DNA from: Ignavibacteriota bacterium
Lineage (GTDB): Bacteria; Bacteroidota; Ignavibacteria; Palsa-1295
DNA: 64,000 nt
Assembly (NCBI GenBank): GCA_963787835.1
Contig: CAWBEI010000002.1
Location: 1,632,001-1,696,000, forward strand
Direction of reading: 5' to 3'
In this document: positions 57,265-64,000 of the stretch, piece after piece
Position numbering within the stretch: the stretch's first letter is position 1
Layout: every line of letters starts with the position of its first letter
Position numbers and translations under genes: made by a program
The notes under the pieces: generated by a model
Database searches by the model: none
What the model was told of the DNA's origin: nothing
Seen by the model: only the letters and a program-made list of their open reading frames with translations

Positions 57265-57828
57265 GTGACGGAACAGCAAAAGAACCTGACGATCATTTTC
57301 AGCATTCTCGCGATCCTCATTGGGGTTGTGCTGGCGGTCGTTGCGGAATTAACCAAACATCCTTCGGTTACGCCGACAGGTTATGCTGATACAGGAATGG
57401 AGTCGTACACCCCACCAGCGCCTGCCCAGCCGATGATGCCAGCTCGTCCACAGCATTTCGTAATGACAAAAGCCATGGATTCCGCGCTTGCGGCTTACGG
57501 GCCGCAATGGGAACGGATAAGAAAGACGCCGAGGGCAGGACTTGGTCTTAGCTACACATGGACCGCGCGGGTACTCTCGGTTGTTGGAGAGCGCGTGCTT
57601 TTAGGCTGGCCCGGTCACCTGATTGCATACGATATGGAAGTTGAAGTTCCACCTCCAGCGGGGATGTCCGCCGAAGAATTGCTCCAGTATAACGGAATGG
57701 TTTCTCGCGGACTTCCCGATGTCTATAAAGATGACATCGTGTCCTTCACCGGATCGTTCGATAAAGTTACCTCGGATGGCTCGCTCGAATTCGATCCTAA
57801 AACTCTCATCAATTATGGACATCCGTAG
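57265..57828 (+). CDS. Membrane-anchored hypothetical protein
   Basis: N-terminal TM helix, Pro-rich linker, and a possible OB-fold-like C-terminus. Confidence 0.6.
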   Translation: MTEQQKNLTIIFSILAILIGVVLAVVAELTKHPSVTPTGYADTGMESYTPPAPAQPMMPARPQHFVMTKAMDSALAAYGPQWERIRKTPRAGLGLSYTWTARVLSVVGERVLLGWPGHLIAYDMEVEVPPPAGMSAEELLQYNGMVSRGLPDVYKDDIVSFTGSFDKVTSDGSLEFDPKTLINYGHP

Positions 57829-57961
57829 CAAGAAAGTGAATCCACTCAGCATTCTCAATATCATGCCAAATCCTTTAGAAATCCAATAGCTCTAAGCCTG
57901 CAAACCCTCTCCCCCAAACCCCTGTTATGCGTGCTCTTAAAACGAAGGGGCATTCCATACC

Positions 57962-58819
57962 GTGGGCTTTTATCCTCAATCGAATCGTTGGCAGTGCGGG
58001 CCGTTTGCGCTTAAGCACGCGCTGGCTATTGTGGGCCGGTTCGTGGATGAGGAGTCGCTAACGAAGGCTGCGCGTACCACCAAAGAGGGTACGGACGAGA
58101 AAATGCTTCGCCGCGCCGCCGAGCGCTTCGATTGCCGCCTGTTGGAAGTCCGCCGTATTACGGAGGCCTCCGCGTTCAATGCGCTTACTACGGCGCTCTC
58201 GCTCGGACGCGCCTGCATGATCTGCATCAATCAGTGGGGGCATTGGGTCACCATCGTCGGCTTCGATGCGAAAAGCGAGCGTTTCGTCGTGATCGATAGC
58301 GAAAAGAACCCCGTCGTTCGTATTCCGGCCTGGAGCGAGCTAAAGCGCCGGTGGGTCTATAACGAGTACGATCGCGATGGCAAATTAAAACAATATTACG
58401 ACTTGTACGTCTTGCGTCCGAGGTTTCGGGTGCAATCGAAAGCGAATTTTTCGATCCAGCGCGCTCAATTTCTGCGCCGTGCCGGAAATGTGCAGTTCAT
58501 TAAGCATTTCGATGAATATGTAAGCGATCTGCTGAACATCGCGCGGCCCTCGCCAGCCAGGGATGGCAGCGCGGTGATCTCGATGGCGGAATTCTTGCGG
58601 CGTCATCGAAAGATGCTGCTGGAAACCGTCCGCTACTGGCACGAGCAGACGACCGAAGCGCAGCTTCGCCGCGTGCTCGCAAATATGCAGTTCGTAGCTG
58701 AAACGTATGGCCTCGTAATCCGTCAAGAGGACGAAAAGCGGACCATCGCCAGCTTCGCCGCGTTGCTTATGACATGGGCAACGACGCATGAGCCATTGGA
58801 GGAAGCACTGTATGGATAA
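57962..58819 (+). CDS. Peptidase C39-like cysteine protease domain protein
   Basis: 'QSNRWQCGPFAL', 'GT', 'GHWVTIVG', 'VIDS' (Q/C/H/D order intact). Confidence 0.78.
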   Translation: MGFYPQSNRWQCGPFALKHALAIVGRFVDEESLTKAARTTKEGTDEKMLRRAAERFDCRLLEVRRITEASAFNALTTALSLGRACMICINQWGHWVTIVGFDAKSERFVVIDSEKNPVVRIPAWSELKRRWVYNEYDRDGKLKQYYDLYVLRPRFRVQSKANFSIQRAQFLRRAGNVQFIKHFDEYVSDLLNIARPSPARDGSAVISMAEFLRRHRKMLLETVRYWHEQTTEAQLRRVLANMQFVAETYGLVIRQEDEKRTIASFAALLMTWATTHEPLEEALYG

Positions 58820-58825
58820 GGGAAC

Positions 58826-58880
58826 CTGAACCTGGATTACGCGGATTTAAGCGGATTACGCGGACGATTTTAAGGATTAC
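58826..58880 (+). repeat. CTGAACC-GGATT 9-nt-periodic repeat
   Basis: GGATTACGC GGATTTAAGC GGATTACGC... Confidence 0.65.
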
Positions 58881-58886
58881 GTTCAC

Positions 58887-59012
58887 GTCATTGCGAGAAA
58901 GAATCACGGAGCGAAGCGGAGTGATTCTTGCGAAGCAATCTCACTCTTGAAGTCAAGAGATTGCTTCGTCGAATCGAACTCCCTCCGGTCGTTCAATTCT
59001 CCTCGCAATGAC
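58887..59012. repeat. Palindromic GTCATTGCGAG...CTCGCAATGAC element
   Basis: 11-bp terminal inverted repeats; inner CGAAGCAATCTC / GAGATTGCTTCG stem; two side hairpins. Confidence 0.85.
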
Positions 59013-59035
59013 ATTAGTAGAAATAAATATTGGGA

Positions 59036-59569
59036 ATGAAAATAAGAAGTACAACAGTCCTCGGTATCGTAAAAGATGGCAAAGCGGCGCTTGGCTCCGA
59101 TGGTCAGGTGACGAACGGCGCGACCGTGATGAAATCGAACGCGAAAAAACTTCGCGTGCTCTATAACGGTCAGGTCATCGCCGGATTTGCCGGCTCGACG
59201 AGCGACGCGCTTTCGCTCTACGACCGCTTCAACAGCAAGCTCGAAGAATATCGCGGCAATGTTGCGCGCGCCGTCGTGGAACTCGGCAAAGACTGGCGGA
59301 ACGATAAATATTTACGCCGACTGGAAGCCATGCTTGCCGTCGTAAGCAAAGAAGGCGCATTCTTGCTCTCGGGAACCGGAGATGTGATCGAGCCGGAGAA
59401 CGGTATCGTAGCCATTGGCTCCGGCGGACCCTATGCGCTTGCCGCAGCACGAGCATTTATGAAATCCGATCCGAAGATGCCGGTTAAGGAGATCGTCGAG
59501 CAATCGCTCAAGATCGCCGGCGAAATTTGCATTTATACGAACACACATATTACGATAGAAAGTATTTAG
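59036..59569 (+). CDS. hslV: ATP-dependent protease subunit HslV
   Basis: 'STTVL', 'DGQVT', 'GFAGSTSDA', 'LRRLEAML', 'IGSGGPYA', 'ICIYTN'. Confidence 0.97.
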   Translation: MKIRSTTVLGIVKDGKAALGSDGQVTNGATVMKSNAKKLRVLYNGQVIAGFAGSTSDALSLYDRFNSKLEEYRGNVARAVVELGKDWRNDKYLRRLEAMLAVVSKEGAFLLSGTGDVIEPENGIVAIGSGGPYALAAARAFMKSDPKMPVKEIVEQSLKIAGEICIYTNTHITIESI

Positions 59570-61069
59570 TTGGAAGAAATTACGAAGGTAGAAGGCGCCC
59601 AGCAATCTGGCGAAGTAGAAGTAGAATCGAAGTTTCAGCTTACGCCGCATCAGATCGTTGCGGAGCTTGATAAATATATTATCGGCCAATCGAATGCGAA
59701 GCGTTCGGTAGCGATCGCGCTGCGTAATCGCTGGCGCCGTCAGCAGGTTCCCGAAGTCCTGCGCGAGGAGATCATGCCGAACAACATCATCCTTATCGGT
59801 CCGACAGGAGTGGGCAAAACGGAAATTGCACGAAGATTGGCGCGGCTTGCCGGAGCACCGTTCCTGAAAGTCGAAGCTACGAAATACACCGAAGTAGGCT
59901 ACGTTGGCCGCGATGTGGAATCCATGATCCGTGACCTCACCGAGCTTGCGATCACGATGGTGAAATCCGAGCAGATGGAAGCTGCGGAACCCAAAGCGAA
60001 AGCCAATGCCGAAGAGCGCATTCTCGATATACTCGTGCCGCCAATGGTGCAGGCACCGATGAAGCCTCCGCCGATGATGTTTCCAGGAGTTCCCGTAAGC
60101 TCGACCATTTCGGGAATGCCGCAAACTCAGCCGCGCACACCAACGGACGCGAAAGAACAAGCAGAAGTGAACGAATATACTCGCAACCGTTTCCGCGAAA
60201 AACTTCGCGCAGGAGAGATGGAGGAGAAAGAGATCGAGATCGACATTCAGCAAGCGCCACCCATTGCCTCGATGCAGATCATGGGGCCGCTCGGTGGTGC
60301 GGGGATGGATGAGATCGGCCAGAACATCCAGGATATTCTGGGCGGAATGATGCCCAAAAAGAATAAACGTCGCAAGGTTTCTATTTCCGAAGCACGTGCT
60401 GCGTTCGAGCAGGAAGAAGCCGCAAAGCTTGTCGATATGGATAACGTGGTCCGAGACGCCATCGAGCGCGTCGAGAGCACGGGAATTATCTTTCTCGATG
60501 AGATCGATAAAGTCGCTGGTGGCAAGCGCGAAGGCGGCGGACCGGATGTATCGCGCGAAGGCGTACAGCGCGATCTGTTGCCCATCGTCGAGGGATCGAA
60601 TGTCAGCACGCGCTACGGCATTGTAAAGACGGATCACATCCTTTTCATTGCGTCCGGCGCGTTTCACGTCACGAAACCGAGCGATCTTATTCCCGAATTG
60701 CAAGGCAGGTTCCCAATTCGCGTGGAGCTCGATAGCCTTACGCAGGAGGATTTCGTGAAGATACTTACCATCCCCGAAAACGCACTGCTCAAGCAATATG
60801 CAGCGCTGCTCGCGACCGAAGGGCTCGAAGTTGAATTCACCGATGACGCCATTGCCGCGCTCGCGCGCATTGCATTCGAAGTGAATGAAGCGATAGAAAA
60901 TATCGGTGCGCGCAGACTGCACACCATTCTAACCACGCTGCTCGAGCAAGTGCTCTTCGATGTCCCCGACATCGTGAAAGAGAAGCACCTGCAGGTTACT
61001 GCCAAATTCGTCGAAGACCGCCTCGATAAAGTAGTGCGGAACCGGGATTTGAGTCAGTATATTCTTTAA
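59570..61069 (+). CDS. hslU: ATP-dependent protease ATPase HslU
   Basis: 'ALRNRWRR', 'GPTGVGKTE', 'GYVGRDVE', 'FLDEIDK', 'GVQRDLLP', 'ENIGARRL'. Confidence 0.97.
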   Translation: MEEITKVEGAQQSGEVEVESKFQLTPHQIVAELDKYIIGQSNAKRSVAIALRNRWRRQQVPEVLREEIMPNNIILIGPTGVGKTEIARRLARLAGAPFLKVEATKYTEVGYVGRDVESMIRDLTELAITMVKSEQMEAAEPKAKANAEERILDILVPPMVQAPMKPPPMMFPGVPVSSTISGMPQTQPRTPTDAKEQAEVNEYTRNRFREKLRAGEMEEKEIEIDIQQAPPIASMQIMGPLGGAGMDEIGQNIQDILGGMMPKKNKRRKVSISEARAAFEQEEAAKLVDMDNVVRDAIERVESTGIIFLDEIDKVAGGKREGGGPDVSREGVQRDLLPIVEGSNVSTRYGIVKTDHILFIASGAFHVTKPSDLIPELQGRFPIRVELDSLTQEDFVKILTIPENALLKQYAALLATEGLEVEFTDDAIAALARIAFEVNEAIENIGARRLHTILTTLLEQVLFDVPDIVKEKHLQVTAKFVEDRLDKVVRNRDLSQYIL

Positions 61070-61086
61070 GAGCGAAAGGATTAACC

Positions 61087-61713
61087 TCATTTATTCTCGA
61101 TTTTCCATAGACTATCAGCTTGCTCATCTGTGAGTGAATGATAGAATTTCTTGAGTGCTTTATCCACGCTGTCGCGTCGGGGCTGATCGAAAATTGTTAG
61201 CTGGCGTTCCCAGTCGCCACCCATCAGGCTATCTCGTCCAGGGAATTTCGCACTATAATTTAATTCACTTTTTCCCCGGTCGTGCGAAGTTCCAACCCAG
61301 CGAATTACATGGGAAGCTCTTTCAACATGTTCCAGTAAAGATGTGAAGCCACAACTAAGGGTTCGGCACATGCTATCCTGCCTAATAGTCATTGAGGGAA
61401 CCGAGACATCGGCAGGATAAAAGCAGTTGCCATCGGCATAGAAAAATCCACCGGCGACAGCCTCTGATATCAATGCATGAACGGTATCAGAACTCATCTG
61501 TCCGTATTCCGTGTCATCAAATAGCGCAGTCGGATGGCCGATGAAAACAATATGACCGTCCTCAAAAATGTTCAGTGTGTAAACAGGACAAGGTATCATG
61601 CAACCCCAATGAACCACTGTGATTACAGGGTCAGGAATGTCCTTCACTTGTCGTGCAGTGTTTAGACCGAGTGAAAGTGTTGCAACCGTAACGAACCAAA
61701 ATGAAATACTCAT
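61087..61713 (-). CDS. Secreted hypothetical protein (DUF6438-like)
   Basis: Signal peptide from ATG 61713. 'GCMIPCPVYTLNIFEDG.IVF.G' resembles the C-x-G-x-CP-x-Y family. Confidence 0.65.
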   Translation of the reverse strand: MSISFWFVTVATLSLGLNTARQVKDIPDPVITVVHWGCMIPCPVYTLNIFEDGHIVFIGHPTALFDDTEYGQMSSDTVHALISEAVAGGFFYADGNCFYPADVSVPSMTIRQDSMCRTLSCGFTSLLEHVERASHVIRWVGTSHDRGKSELNYSAKFPGRDSLMGGDWERQLTIFDQPRRDSVDKALKKFYHSLTDEQADSLWKIENK

Positions 61714-61726
61714 ATCCCCGTAGATC

Positions 61727-62485
61727 TTAGTGCGTCGCCGCCTCCACGATCGCAATAAACGCGCTGGCATCGAGCGATGCGCCGCCGATGAGGCCGCCAT
61801 CGATGTCCGGTTCTGCAAAAAGCGTGCGGGCATTATCCGGCTTCACACTGCCGCCGTAGAGAATTCGCATGTCATCCGCGAGGTTCCCAAATTTCTTTCG
61901 CAACTCTGCGCGAATAAATGCATGTGCCGATCGCGCTTCATCCAGTGTAGCAGTCTTGCCAGTACCGATAGCCCACACCGGTTCATACGCAATAACAAGC
62001 TTTGCCGCATCATACGTTGTCATTCCTACCAAACTCTGATCCATCTGACGGAATAGGACGGATTCTGTTTCTCCTTTCTCTCGCTGTTCTTCAGTTTCGC
62101 CGATACAAACGATGGGAATTAGTTGTGCATCCAGTGCCGCGCGGAGTTTTTTGCTTACGAGATCATCGGTCTCGCCAAAAATAGTTCTTCGCTCGCTGTG
62201 GCCGAGAATAACGTACGTGCATCCCAGATCCGCGAGCATTGCAGGTGAAATCTCACCAGTAAATGCACCGCTCTCTCCGAGATAACAATTCTGCGCGCCG
62301 TATTTCATCGAAGTTTCTTCGAGTGCGTGTTTTGCGATGAGAAGCGTTGTGAATGGGGGACACACAGCTACTTCGTGGGCCTCGCATTTGGTCGTCCACT
62401 CGACGGTAAGCTGAAAGAGGAGCTTCCGCGTATCTTTCAGCGTGCCATTCATCTTCCAATTCCCGACAATAAGTTTTGGGCGCAT
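61727..62485 (-). CDS. tpiA: Triosephosphate isomerase
   Basis: 'GNWKMN', 'GAFTGEIS', 'LGHSERR', 'AYEPVWAIGTG', 'YGGSV', 'GGASL'. Confidence 0.98.
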   Translation of the reverse strand: MRPKLIVGNWKMNGTLKDTRKLLFQLTVEWTTKCEAHEVAVCPPFTTLLIAKHALEETSMKYGAQNCYLGESGAFTGEISPAMLADLGCTYVILGHSERRTIFGETDDLVSKKLRAALDAQLIPIVCIGETEEQREKGETESVLFRQMDQSLVGMTTYDAAKLVIAYEPVWAIGTGKTATLDEARSAHAFIRAELRKKFGNLADDMRILYGGSVKPDNARTLFAEPDIDGGLIGGASLDASAFIAIVEAATH

Positions 62486-62510
62486 GGATCAGTGAGAAAT
62501 AAATGTTGAG

Positions 62511-62984
62511 TTAAAAATTGGATTCTTGGGCAACTAACGAAGAAAGCTTTGAAAGCATTTGTCCCTGACCTGCAGCTAACTCGATTGGATAATTTAGAGA
62601 TGTCCAGAAAAAATCGAAAGCAATTGGTTCCTTGACAGATTTTCCTCCGTTCGTTTCATAATATCTCCATTGCTTTGGTGCAGTCGCATTTAGTTGTACA
62701 TGAAAGACATGCCGCTCCTGAATTTCTTTCCGATATTCGGACATGTCATAATAAAATTCACCAAGTTTAGAGCAGATCGTGAAATCCGTTAGGCCAGTTT
62801 CCTCTATCAATTCTCTCGTAATAGCATCGACCGGGGATTCATCAGCCTCAATGGTGCCAGCGGGAACTTGGATTCCGGCCGAAGGAAAATCCGGTTGTTG
62901 GAATACAAGCAGATGTTCATTGTGCGTCACATAGGCGAGCACTTTTCGAGTGAACTGGTAACCTTCTGGAATATCATGTTCCAT
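62511..62984 (-). CDS. NUDIX hydrolase
   Basis: Nudix box 'PAGTIEADESPVDAITRELIEETG'. Confidence 0.9.
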   Translation of the reverse strand: MEHDIPEGYQFTRKVLAYVTHNEHLLVFQQPDFPSAGIQVPAGTIEADESPVDAITRELIEETGLTDFTICSKLGEFYYDMSEYRKEIQERHVFHVQLNATAPKQWRYYETNGGKSVKEPIAFDFFWTSLNYPIELAAGQGQMLSKLSSLVAQESNF

Positions 62985-63011
62985 GTAATAGTTTCAACAA
63001 AAAACCCCAAA

Positions 63012-63041
63012 TAAAAAAGGCCAGGGTAACCCCCGGCCTTC
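63012..63041 (-). terminator. Intrinsic terminator after rpsG
   Basis: Minus strand: AAGGCCGGGG..CCCTGGCCTT followed by TTTTATTT. Confidence 0.75.
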
Positions 63042-63062
63042 TCTTCAAAAAGAATGAAGAAC

Positions 63063-63533
63063 TTAAAACCGGCTGAAGTGCGCGAATGCCTTGTTGGCTT
63101 CGGCCATGCGGTGAACATCGTCGCGCTTTTTGACGGTTGCGCCTTCCCCGTTACCCGCAGCGATGAGTTCCCCAGCCAAACGTGCCGCCATGGATTTCTC
63201 TCCACGAGCGCGGCTATACTGGATCAGCCAGCGGATGGCAAGCGCCGTGCGGCGATCGGTGCGAACTTCTGTGGGAACCTGATACGTCGCACCGCCAACG
63301 CGGCGCGAGCGAACCTCGACCATGGGCGCTGCATTGTTCATCGCCTTTTTGAAGACTTCAAGTCCAGACTGTCCCGTCTTTTCCTGAATGCTGTCGAGTG
63401 CGTCATACATGATGCGCTGCGCGGTCGATTTCTTCCCGCCGATCATCAGCGAATTGATGAACTGCGATACCAATGTATCGCTGAATTTTGGGTCCGGTGT
63501 ACGCGGACGTACCTCTGCTTTATGCTTTCTCAT
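63063..63533 (-). CDS. rpsG: 30S ribosomal protein S7
   Basis: 'GKKSTA', '[15 protein letters not shown]', '[12 protein letters not shown]'. Confidence 0.98.
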   Translation of the reverse strand: MRKHKAEVRPRTPDPKFSDTLVSQFINSLMIGGKKSTAQRIMYDALDSIQEKTGQSGLEVFKKAMNNAAPMVEVRSRRVGGATYQVPTEVRTDRRTALAIRWLIQYSRARGEKSMAARLAGELIAAGNGEGATVKKRDDVHRMAEANKAFAHFSRF

Positions 63534-63640
63534 TTGAGTGTATTCGGTTGTCGTTTACAAAAGAGTTGATCGGATGTTCGGAATAGTCCTCACTTACCGT
63601 CAACCACCCCTTCGCATTGCTGCGAAGATCCTGATAGTCA

Positions 63641-63664
63641 CCGTGACCTGAAGGTCGCGGCTAC
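63641..63664 (-). repeat. Single GTAG-type REP hairpin right after the rpsL stop
   Basis: Minus strand: GTAG-CCGCGACCT-TC-AGGTCACGG. Confidence 0.6.
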
Positions 63665-63668
63665 AAAA

Positions 63669-64000
63669 TTATTTCGGCTTCTTGGTGCCGTACCGCGAGC
63701 GTCCCTGCTTGCGGTTCTGAACGCCTTGGGTATCGAGTGTACCACGGATGATGTGGTAACGCACGCCGGGAAGGTCCTTCACGCGGCCGCCGCGGATCAT
63801 GACGATCGAGTGCTCCTGCAAATTATGGCCTTCGCCTGGGATGTACGCCGTTACTTCCATGCCGCTCGTAAGCTTCACGCGGGCTACCTTACGGAGCGCG
63901 GAATTCGGCTTTTTCGGCGTGGTCGTATAGACGCGGGTACAAACTCCGCGGCGCTGGGGGCTATTTTTGAGGGCGGGGGATTTAGACTTGTAGGTCAGCT
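63669..64000 (-). CDS. rpsL: 30S ribosomal protein S12, 5' truncated by the window edge
   Basis: Frame open to the edge: '[24 protein letters not shown]...[12 protein letters not shown]...[10 protein letters not shown]'. Confidence 0.98.
   Translation of the reverse strand, partial: LTYKSKSPALKNSPQRRGVCTRVYTTTPKKPNSALRKVARVKLTSGMEVTAYIPGEGHNLQEHSIVMIRGGRVKDLPGVRYHIIRGTLDTQGVQNRKQGRSRYGTKKPK

Noticed and set aside
59312-60922. 536-aa antisense ORF
   Set aside because: Shadow ORF opposite the highly conserved hslVU genes.
61767-61780. GCATCGAGCGATGC as another copy of the 16-bp palindrome
   Set aside because: The spacer is 2 nt rather than 4, and it encodes the conserved TpiA 'ASLDA' region.
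63599-63610. GTCAACCACCCC resembling an IS200/605 or HEARO end
   Set aside because: Only 12 bp. No tnpA, tnpB or iscB, and it lies within the rpsL-rpsG spacer.

Overview
Core-genome-like 64 kb region of an FCB-group bacterium. Many secreted proteins carry T9SS-type C-terminal sorting domains, which fits Kapabacteria, Ignavibacteria or Bacteroidota relatives; this taxonomy is inference. Housekeeping genes recognised from motifs: mpg, rimO, a PpiD-like PPIase, coaE, two ompH/skp, mlaEFD, an OmpR-type two-component pair, ispE, mnmA, greA, hslVU, tpiA, rpsG, partial rpsL, tRNA-Glu(TTC) and tRNA-Leu(CAA). The window also has many T9SS cargo or envelope proteins and several families of small palindromic repeats. 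I saw no CRISPR array, prophage or intact transposase. The most unusual signals are: (1) a 16-bp palindrome, GCATCG-N4-CGATGC, in about 18 copies confined to 3.1-15.5 kb, both intergenic and inside variable parts of proteins (centromere or nucleoid-site-like); (2) an unassigned, heavily base-paired ~450-nt non-coding segment at 34.13-34.58 kb, directly upstream of (3) a renalase-like oxidoreductase fused to a ~290-aa G/Q/R/Y low-complexity tail. Also noted: two apparent 1-nt frameshifts, three apparent pseudo-enzymes, a REPIN translated within Mpg, a heptamer tract encoding a signal peptide, and a str operon that stops after rpsG. All family assignments come from motif recognition by eye; no searches or folding programs were run.
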